From Antedon mediterranea (taxonomy: Eukaryota > Animalia > Echinodermata): a stretch of 64,000 bases of DNA. The stretch's first letter is position 1. Every line of letters begins with the position of its first letter. The DNA lies in contig NC_092672.1 in assembly GCF_964355755.1 (NCBI RefSeq), positions 22,457,237 through 22,521,236 on the forward strand. The letters are read 5' to 3'. The position numbers and the translations under genes were made by a program. The notes below the pieces were generated by a model. The model was not told where the DNA came from and searched no databases. It worked only from the letters and a program-made list of their open reading frames with translations. This document shows, piece by piece, positions 40,201 to 52,200 of this stretch.

Positions 40201-43200
40201 AGCCTAGCAAATGTCCTATCTAGGCTGTAGATTAGCTAAAGTGAAAGTAGGCTACTGACTTTCAATATACTTCCTAGATAGATTAGGACTGAGAGGGGTA
40301 GAAACATACTACTCTAGGCTAATAATGCTGAATGTCTCATAACGGCAGTCAAACCCGATTTTAAACAGATGATTAATATTTGCAAGAAAACCATACAAAA
40401 CAGGTGAGAATAGGCCTATATAGATATAACTCTTCGTAATAGTGCTCAAAATGTTAAAAATATTTCTAGGCCTAGGCTAGTAGTATTATTACTATTTAGT
40501 GGACAAATGCAACAAAACCAGACTATATTTGGGTGGCATGGTCTGAGTACCTAGGGCCTATATATGTGTACCACAGTATTTTTCAATTCAATTTGAATCA
40601 GATTTTTTTATTTCACAGCAAAAAAAAGCTATACTTTTAGTATTAAAAAGTAGATGAACATATACGAAATATACTACACAATTCAGCCTATTTTTTTTCT
40701 TAGAAATTAATACTTAAATTATGTAATTAATGGATAATTTATTACAGTTGTTTTTAACCATTATTTTTTATGGTTTTACTGATTCGTACTTTACTGTCAT
40801 TTTTTTTACTTCTTTGTACAGTGTATAACTGTGTATTGCTATATTTGATAAAATTTGGATATGTTGTAGAATAGATGTCACTAAATCCAAAAAGTATTTG
40901 CTCCATTTTTAGGTTCCTCAAAACAAAAACTTAAATATAAATAATATAACACAATTAGAAACTCCAAAAAAAACAACAATTTAACTAATATCTTTTCTCT
41001 AACACATAAGTTTAACATGTTTAAAACTAAAAAACAAGTAAAAAATATATAATATAAATATAAATCATTTAAGAAATATCCAAATATGTAAATAATAAAA
41101 GAATTTACAAAGAATTTTCAACAAACACCTAGGCCTATACTAAAACTAATACATGATAGAAATAAAAGTATTAGGGTAAAACATAGACTGAAACACACGG
41201 TCAAACATTATAAGTAATCAAACAAATGTAAATGGCCAACATAGTAAGAACAGAACTTTAAGGTTTAGAAATAGTGGAATGAAACAAATGTTATACAAGG
41301 CCAAAACATAAAAAGTAGCATATAATGTGTTTACTTTTACTATAACTTGCAATAAACATAAAATGTACGTTTTTAAAGCATACTTTTACTCCATCGATTT
41401 TATGTACATGTATAGATATAGTGCCTTTTTAACTTCTATATTGAATTTTATTGTTTTATATTTTTACAAAAATGTATGTATGTTATGTAATATATTATAT
41501 TTGTAAAAGGAATGAATAAATGTGGGTGACCCCCACGAAAGAGAAAAAAAAAAGAATATTCAAATAATAAGAGTTTAAATTGACATTTAAATAAAGCACA
41601 GTTATGAGATTTTTAAAGAAATAAAGGGAGAGAATTCCAGAGTTTAGGTCCAGTGTATACAAGGGTGTTCATTTTAAGACTAGTTCGAGTAAGTGGCAGA
41701 TGATACTGATCTTTTTGTCTTGTGTGGTGAGCTTGGTATTGTTTATTTTGTGTGAATTTATATTATGGGTAGTGTTCAGGTTAATTGAAGCATGATGACA
41801 CCAACATTAAATCTGTAGAAGTCCTCAATTTTTAATATTTTATTTTTTCGAAAGAGATCGTGGGTGTGAGCACGAAAAGTTGCCCCTGAGATAATTCTGA
41901 CAGCTCGTTTCTGGATTAATAAAATGTTAGTAATAATTGATTTTGAAGCATTTCCCCTAGCAAGAACACCATAATTTAAGTATGATAAAATAAGAGTAGA
42001 ATATAAAGTATTTAATACTTTTTGAGGAAATATTGATTTCAATTTATCATAGCAACATTTTTTGATAATAAATTGCAAAGGTAATAACAGTCAAGTCTGT
42101 CGTCAATAAATATACCAAGAGATTTTGTGTTGGTTATTTGATTAATAGGAACATTATTGAAAATAATTTCTTTTGGTAACATACTATATCATTACTAAAC
42201 AACATAATATTGGTTTTGAGCATATTTAGTGATAGCATGTTTGTAAGTTTATGACATTAAAAGATGTTATTGAAATAGAAATTCAATCATAAAAGTACCA
42301 ATAAATGTTCAATTAATATTTCACATCATTTTTGTAACTGAACAAGCCAAAATGGCCACCATTATGCCCAAAATGGCTGCTATTTTATCCAATATGACCA
42401 CCCTTTTATCTAAAATGGCCACATATATCAATCAATTATATAGGAAGCTATGTTCTAAGATATTATTCCTTAAAAATTTGTAAAAAAATCACACTTTTTG
42501 CAGCTTCTTCAATAAAAACCTATTTAAGATTACAATATTAAATTTCATATGCTGTTTACCAACCATCTCAAGAAGTCATAGGCCTACAGAAAATATAAAC
42601 ATGGTATGTGAATTATTTATGACTAGATGGTACGCGAATGAAGTAAACGTACAATCTAGAGGTCCCCACAGATGGTTCTCGAATACAATAGAACCCACCG
42701 GAGACATTTTTGGGATACTAATACAAATAAAGACAAAATAACGAATACTGGACAATTAATTGATGTGGATTCAAGAAATTGAAGAGAAATGAAAATTGGG
42801 ATTGGGCGGCACGGGGTGGTGGTGATGAAACCGCAGTAATAAAGTTGATTGTATTTATATAGTATAAAAACCACACTAAATAAATACAGTAAGATATTTG
42901 GCGATCGGAAATGGTAGCTCTTATTTAGTAACAAATTAAACTGTAGTGTACCTCTTATTAAGCTAGGGATTATCAGAAAGTTTGCTAAATATTTAGGGCT
43001 AATCATCGATTGTGGTGTTAAAATTCCTGGAAACATTTGTGTGAAAAAAATGGGATCGAATTCCTGTCATGGGTACTGATTTGTTGGGCCGTGATTTATG
43101 ACACCTATCTATCTAGACTTATTGTTTTCGAATAAATGTACGTACCTATCAGATAAACTTGTCTTGTGTCGTATAACAAATAAGTAATAGTTACTGAAGT

Positions 43201-46200
43201 TAGTATTACAATGTCGTCAAGCTGTTTACAGGAGTAATTAAAAACCAAATTGTAGTTGGAGAAAAGAAACTAAGAAGCATGTTTATGTTATGTTGTGTGC
43301 CGTTATGTTTTCACCATTGACAGCCATTGGAGTGGAGCTGTATCATAGAGGTTGGTGTTTGCCTTCCAATCCCAAGATCCGGGGTTCAATCCTGATTAAG
43401 TGCCATATGGTTATAACTCACACTCTTTCAACTGCACTTCCTAAGCCTCAAATGAGACTTAGTTTAACTGCATGATGCCTATTATCTCTATGATAATCAT
43501 TTGATTTCAGAACTTGATGTTGTATGAGTAAGGCCTAATAAAGTTTATTTTGTATTCTTGTTTATGTAACCATGTACACATCAGTAGGCCTAATTAAATA
43601 TCTGGTTGGATCGTTACCGAAAACGTGAACTATAGCCGCAAAAAAAAAATGACCTAGTTTAGTTCTTATAAGCTATACACTGCCAGTTTGATTAATCTTT
43701 ATTTATCGGTCGTGGATCTAAATTTGTTTTAATTGTCAATAACTAATTATCTAACTCAATTTAATTAATACACAGGGTTACATCAGGTGGTTAATATCAG
43801 TACCGAAAGTACGAACCAACTTTATATACCATCGAGTAAAAATTCTAGAAGTAACATGGATTTACCAAATTTTGCCCTCACATACAGAATACGCAGATTT
43901 TAAATTTGAATATGTGTTTACAATCCACTTGACTACCGAAATAAATATAATAACACTTGGTCAAGTATTAATTTGTAAAGTTATTACTACGTAAAAATTG
44001 GTGCAGACCTAAAAAAAAGGCTATAATTGCAGAGCTATTGCTCAAAATTGACTGGATATTTTGTGGAGAACTTTTGATATAGAGTGGATAACATATTTAT
44101 TTCACAATATCAACTTTCAAAATGTAGACCCTGAACGAAATTCATTTTCTAGGCCTTTTTTCAGCTACTGCTTATGGCCTAAAAATTAAGTTTGAGAAGG
44201 AATTGCATTATATATCTAGCATTCGTGTGTTCTGCCATTGTCAGAAATATTTTAAAATGTTTTTCAAAAATGTTACTTGCTAATTTATATTTATCATGGG
44301 TTAATTGAATTGGTGTAAATTTCAATTCATTATGGATTTTAAGATCATCAAAGAATAAGTGGTATTTATATCTAGAGAGCTAGTAGAAAACAATTCCCAG
44401 AACATGGATAGATTATTATTGTTTAGTTCATTTTTAAGGTTCATGAGTATTGGTTGTCTTAAATGCATGAGTTATTTTGCATTGAAATACGAAATAATAT
44501 ACAGTTTCCTTTTCATTACAATTACACATTAAACATATACCTGTATTTTTAGGTGACCATGCTTCTTTTCTACCTTCAAGTGGTAGTGAATTGGAGCTGA
44601 ATTTTAGGCTTGAAGCATGGTAATACACTTATCTAATAGATATTTTTCTAATTTTGGAGAGGTTTTAGTGACCAGAAGAATAGTAATTACTTTGTTGCAT
44701 TGACAAATTACACTTTGTGCTTTTATATTTTTTTAGCCATCTCTGAAACAGCTTTGGAGAAATTTAAATGGGGGCAAACTAGATGAAAGACTGTTGCAGC
44801 ATATTTGGAAGGATGAGTCAGATGAGATGATTGACTTCTTTGTGTCTCTAATGCAAACCTTTGGATTAATGTGTGAAAAAAAGAGTAAAAAGGTATTTAC
44901 ATTTTATTTAAAATTTTAGTTCAATTATTTGTTCATATATTCCATTTACTATTTAAGTTTCATTTTTGTTTCTATAGAATGTTGGACGAACGTTCTATGT
45001 TCTTTCACGCCTAAAGCCCCAACGTGATAATACAAAAGCTGTTAAATATGAAGAGAAGCGTGCTATTTCTCTCTTTCATGACTTTGATGGCTACCTACCA
45101 GATGATCTCTTCCAACGTGTTGCAACTAAATTTATCGAGGAATTTCAAATGGAAGATGATGAGCCTAGATTATCTTACGAGCATGTAGAACTGAATATTA
45201 ATGGCCATCATCTTGTCGTTTTAAACGTAGCTACCATCAACAATTGCCGTTTGTTCCAGGTAAACTTAATAATGCAAGCATGAATTGAATGCCAGTAAAA
45301 TCACAAGTATTATATTGGGGGATTGTTCTTATGTTAACAGATATTAAAATATACACTGTCAGTAACTTTAAATTTACTTGGTTTATTGCCATTTCTGGAA
45401 TGATATCAGTGGTAATCACGTTGGAATTGATTTGTTTTTTTGTAATTGCAGACAACAATTGTCAGAACGAAAATCATGAACACAGAATCAGGAAACAGCT
45501 CTCCTGCTAGCCCTTCTAAAGATGATGATCCACAACCTAGCATCTGTAAGAAGGTAAACTATAAGTACCAAATAAACTAAAATACTTATGCTACATTGAA
45601 TTAGCACAAACTTTGAATTTCATTAGTTTAGGTTGTTACAGAAGTGTGTTGATTTTACAATGTTATCTATGTCTAGTATAATTTACTTGCTTGATGATAT
45701 TTGGTCAGTGTAAATTTATAAGCTCAGTGAATCTGGGTTGTTTATTGTGTAGTACAAGTAATTTCTTGATATTATTTAGCATACAGTATCTGTGTATCCG
45801 AGTTCAAATAATTTTTTTTTAAATGAATGAACAAGACAAGCCCAGTTTCCAGATTATACATGGTCTATGGATATAAGCTTGTTTATTCTTGTAAAGGCGT
45901 GTGTTAGATTTTGGACTATTGATTGTGAGTTCAAATCCAATGCTCGTCGCATTGCTTGTACCAGCTGCATTATGGGAGTATTTTTCCGTACGTGTTTGAT
46001 CCAAAAATGACCAGGGTAATAATTTATACAGTGCTTAGAGGTTTCACAACATTAGGTGCTTTATAATTATAAATCCAGGAAGGATAATATTATTATTATT
46101 CTCTTTAAGTCATTTTAAATGTAGTAAATGTGACAGGGACAAGCCAGATCAGTAGCCTGTCGCAAATATTTTATTTGGAGATAATATATCATTATGCAGC

Positions 46201-49200
46201 TAATTTTCTGTTTTATAATGGTAAAAAAATTATTGTAATCCGACTTTTAATTACAAAGTTATGGGAAATTTATAACATGTATGTGTTGGAACTCTCTGGA
46301 TTATGTTCGGAGAAATGTGTGTTCAAAGTTTACCGACGCGCTGCTGGACCGTGGTGGCCTTCGCTGAACAGCGAGGCTGAATGAACGCCCGAACAACAGA
46401 CAAGAGGACACAGAGAACACGGTTTTATTATTGTTCTAGTTATCAGATGTTAATAAAATTCCGGAATTATTTTGTTTTTATTTTACTCTTGTAACATGCA
46501 AAATCTCAGTAAAGTAATTATACACTGCTCTCGCGTTGTGTCCTGCTTCTTCCTCTCAACCACTGCACACGTGGGTGGATTTTTTAACATTGTGAGCATG
46601 CGCAGTCATGAGCTTTAAAGCCATGTAAGCACAATCACAGCGCCGGCTACGGCAGTCGTCGTTAAGGAAAATATTTTTGTTTCTATCACTAAAATTGGTT
46701 ATCATTGGTTAGGATGAAGAACAACTGAAATCATTGTCCAATAGAAATACACCTGTTTAAATTAGCTTTATATTCATAGTAAACAAACCAGACTTCGCTT
46801 AGAAAATGGCGGTATACGAATACGAAGCTTTTGAAAAGACGATTCTACATTCGAAAAGTTTTCGACATATTACAAAATCATAGCCTTACAAAATGTGAAA
46901 AAATAACAACACAGTATGATTATAGAATACATAAAGGTTAGATTTAATAGATACAATTTTTTTTTTTTTTTTTTTTTTTTTTTGTCAACATGATTTTGCC
47001 TATTCTATAGGCTGTATCTCAGTTTGGGGATTACCCACCAGCGACTGGTTTGACTTGTCTGTGCCACAAATTCATTTTATTGATATTATTTATAATATTC
47101 TATAACAATATTTATTATTCTTATTTTTTCTAGGTCCTTAATTTCCTTGAAGAAGAATTGCAAGTTTTAAGTCAGAATGGTGCACGTGGTGTTGAAGTAA
47201 AGATGTACATCCGTTGTGCATGTTCAAATAGTGAACGTACTCATATGCAGGTTGTTCGCAAATTTGACCAAGATGTGTTGCCATGTAGAAGCAGAGCAAT
47301 GGACGTGAAACGTTACCGTAAACTGTTTAGCAAAATAGAAGTAGAACAAGGTATAGGCCTAATAATCCATAATAAATACGGCATAAAACAAAACATGCAA
47401 ACATATTTTTGTTCTTTAACTAATGATACTTGTGACATACAATTTCACAAACTTCAAATTTTCAGTTGATGCATTTTAACCTTTATCTGTAGTTTTTATG
47501 TTATAATATGTTATAAAGAGAAAAATAAACCATCAGAAAATGCTTATAATGCGAGTGGCAGCAATGCCAAATCTTCTTTATCAAAAGTTCAAAGAACTTC
47601 TGTTAGCATCATCTGATGGATCATGTAGATGTGGAAGGCAACAAACAACTAACATACACCATTTTAAATCTCTATGTTTTAGTAGCCTCTTTATCTACTC
47701 GCACTAGATAATAATAATAATAATTTATTGGAAACTTCACTTTTACAACAGTGGCACACTTTGTTGACAAATTTGCGTCCAAATAATAACATACAAGAAT
47801 AAATAAAATTATTAACTTAAAAATAAATCAAAATGAATGAATGAAATACAAAACATAACTTACAAAAACAAACAAAAATAAATAAATACTTTAAATCAAA
47901 ATAAATAAACAAAACAAACTTAAGAGGAATAAAAATAACTAAAAATGTTTAGATACACACAAAATAAATAACAAAATTAATTTCATGGTATGAATCAAAA
48001 TAAAGAGTATAATAGTGTGTGTAATACTCAACACTAAGGCATAATAAATAAAATGAAAAGACAAAGATTACTAAACAGAAATCAAAATGACACACACAAG
48101 TTGAAAAGCAATTCAAAACACAACAGCATTGACATTACAAGTTTAAAAGAGCACAACGTTCTTCCATAAAGATTTAGCCAATGATTTACAAAATTACATG
48201 TTAGGAGAAAGTGCATAATGGTTTCTTCTTCATTTCTGTTGCACAATTTACAACAACCATTAGCATTAGGGTAATTTGACCAATTAGATGTTTTTCTTTC
48301 AAGGGGAAGGGTGTTTGATCGCAGCTTAAATTTTAACGATTCTCCTTCAAAGTCTATTTTATCAAGTAGATACTGTTCAAGTTTTGGTTCATTTTTTATA
48401 TACATATAATGTTCAATTGACGTTTTACATTTACCGTCTTCAACCCAATACGAGAGAGCTAGATTTTCATAATTATTTTTGTATTGGAAGCATAGTTGGC
48501 ATCAAAGTTATCATTACCATTTCGAATATCAGAAAAAATATCATGTGTACCACAATTATCAATGATATTTCGAACACACAATGGAATTTTAAATGATATA
48601 TCATTAAAGTTCTGTCAATTTAACTAGTGTTTTCAGTAATATCCTAGCCAATCTTCCATCTTTAAAATTCTTTCCATATAATTAATTCTATTTACATTTT
48701 GAATATATGAGATTTTTGACCACCCAAAATCCCCATAAAGAGTAGCACAAAGGGTATTCCTAGAGGCCTTAAGGATAAACCTTGCCATTTGTAATTGTAG
48801 TCTTTCAATTCTTTCACAATCACTTTTGCTACCAACCCAAATAGTACTACCATAATTTATTGATGGAAGTGCAATTGTTCGCCAGAGGATATCACCATAA
48901 TATACTCTATTAAAATTGTTTAAATTACCAATTATGGCTTTTATATAACCTATGAGTCGGTTACATTTTTGTATAATATATTCTACATTGCTATGGTCAT
49001 TTGCACCTCTTGATATCATTACACCTAGATATTTATACGTTTCACACTCAGTTATCGACTGGTCTCCTAATTTCCATAACTTTTGTTTATCTATTTTCTT
49101 ACCTACAACAAGTACATTTGATTTAGTTGGGTTAAATTGTATTTTCCAATCAATGGCAAATTTTGCAGTTAAGCTGTAACATGTGAGTCATTTGTTGCTC

Positions 49201-52200
49201 ATTTTCAGCTAATAGCACAATATCATCTGCCCAGAAAAGAGCTCCTTGCCATACGTTATTAATATGAACTCCTATATCATTTAATTTTAGAATTTTTGTG
49301 AGCTCATTGATAAATATACAAAACAGAATAGGAGATAGCACACATCCCTGTCTAACTCCTTGTTCAATTGAAAACTCATTAGTTACAGTAGCCCCACATT
49401 TTACTTTCCCTTTGACATTTGCATACATGTTATCAATAATTCTCCACAAACGCCCTCTTATTCCTATATTCCATATGGCTTTCAGGAGCCCATCTCTCCA
49501 AACGGAATCAAATGCCTTTCGGAAGTCCAGGAAAGCTAGATATGTGTTTTTTCTTTCTTTTTTCTTAAAGCAGTTATACTTTTAATTACAAAAATATGGT
49601 CCTCACACCTATGATCTTTCCTGAAACCACCCTGGACTTCCGTCAATTCATTATCACTTTCTAAATAGTTTGATACATTCATAGCAATTACTCTATTAAA
49701 TAATTTTGATACACAAGATGTAAGAGAGATTCCACGATAATTGTTCAAATCTCTCTTATCACCATGTTTAAAGATTGGAATAATTAAACTTAAATTCCAG
49801 TCTTCTGGTGTTTGTTCAAAAAGGATGATTCTATTAAATAAATCTAACAGAGATTTGACCATAATATGACCACCATTTTTTTAAAGTTCATTAGTAATGT
49901 TTTCTTTCCCTGGAGATTTACAATTTTTTTGCAAATACTTAATACATATTTTATACTTTCAATATCAATAGAAATATCACATAGAGGATCTGTAGCCTCA
50001 TCCTCATCTCTGAACAAGACTTGTTTCTAATGATTTGTATACAGTTCTCAGTCATGTATACATTATTATTGAATGTATTATTTTTAGAATTACTTAACGA
50101 TTCACAATAGTTTCTTAATGTTTCGGCTTTTTCTTCAACACTAGTAAAAACTTGTTCAGACCCTGGAACCTTAAAACAATCAGTACAGTATTTTGTTTGT
50201 TAAACTTTGACCCTCTAATTGTTTGACAGAATTCCTTACAATTTTACCTCCTTTGTTTGCAATAACAATTGATTTATCTACCCTCATTTCTAATATCTTA
50301 ATATCAAATTCTTAGCAAACAACCGCTTTTGTTGGTAATTCTGCCAAAGGAAGTCACATGTTGCAGCATCTTTGTCTTTTCTTTTAACATAATTGCCATA
50401 AATTTGCATCCCATTTTTTAAAATCCCTTTCTAAATAGGTAGTATAATCACTAAAATCTTCACCAAACTTAATGTTCCATATATATTTCTTACTACACCT
50501 ATTATCTTTGTTTTTCGTGTTACTTATATTTAATTTAAGTAGTAACATATTATAATATTTTGTTGTTTTGTCATACAATACATTTTCATTGTAGATTCTG
50601 TCAGATTTACAATTTTTTTTTGTATTAATATAAGGATGAGATATAACACAGGATGACAGTTTTGACACTTACCCCAAATTAAACAAGCATTATAAATAAT
50701 GTATTTGTAAAAATCATCATGTCTCAAGTTCAGCAAATTCTAAATGGAATTTAAACAAAAATCATGAAACATGTGTTGGCTAGGTGTGGTAGTTCGAGAT
50801 CAGTCGGACACAATCATATGAAGGCAGCATTGATTTCCATCAGTATTTCATTTATTCATATTCACATTCATATTCACTGGCATTTATCACATAAACTACA
50901 ATCAGCCATCTCTTGGAAAAAAAACCCCTATAAATACAACAGACAAACATACATAATAATAAGCCACATATGAAAAATTGCTAACCATTGTTATACTAAT
51001 TATGTTATCTTTAGTACAGATACACATCACATCAGTATTACATTATTATCAATTATATATAACAAGTGATAACCACATCTATACCTGGATTAAACTATGT
51101 TAATTTTGGAGGTGCATACCCATCTTTACTCAGCCTCCATTCCATTCAGCCCAATCTATTAATAAACATGTAAAACCAGGTTCTTAACATCATACTATTC
51201 ACAACTACATATGACCACAGCATTGGTCGCCATATTGGAATCCGAACTTGCACACTTATCGGTGAGTCATTCTACCATCAATTATAACTACATATATGAG
51301 CATAAATAACACATTTAATACAATGCTACTATTCATTATCATGACTAAATACAACAATTGATTATCTTAATTTATGATTACAACGTACCTGGAAATGAAT
51401 AACTGATAATTTAATTAGTATAGCAACTGCCTCTACTCAGCCACAATGGATATGCCCAATCTGTACCCACGTTCGGGGAAATGGAAATATCTGTTTTTAA
51501 ACAAAACTGTGTGAGCTATTATTTTAGGCCTAAATTGTTATGTTATCTGAGATTAACAAAAACATACAAGTATTAACTAACACTGACACACAAGCTAATT
51601 TTCCCACAAAAAATATAAACGTCGTAGTGGTGCGTTACATGTACTTTACTATTTCAGTCGACTATGACAGTGACAGTTTTAACAAAGTATTAAATCGCAA
51701 ATGTTCTACTCTATTTAGTGACAGAAATCTCATGACACAAAATACATGAATAAGGTCCAATGTGAATGGCATAATAAAACAGTGTATCCTAGTGTTAAAA
51801 GAATGGTTTATTTAATAAAAACTAACTTTAAAATCTGTATTGCATAAATTGTACGTGATACTGTTTTTGTTATTATAACTAATATGTTTATTTTGCATAG
51901 ATACACAGACTGCTACTCCTCTGTCTACAGTCTCATTAGAGACAGGTTAGTGGTTGTCATTAGATCATTATGTATCATATGGACAGTTTGTCTGAAAATA
52001 CATGAATATAATAGCATAACATCTTGGTGTCATTAGCAGAATAGTTGATTTAATACTGGTATTCTTGATTATGACTAATGTATATGTTTATTTTGCATAG
52101 ATGCACCTATTGCTGCTCCTTTGGCTGCAAGCTCATTAGGGACAGGTATAGGTGAGTAACATTAGATCATTAGGGACAGGTATATGTGAGTAACATTAGA

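Noticed and set aside
43329-43400. tRNA gene
   Set aside because: Only a B-box-like motif is present and no full cloverleaf; better explained as a SINE head.
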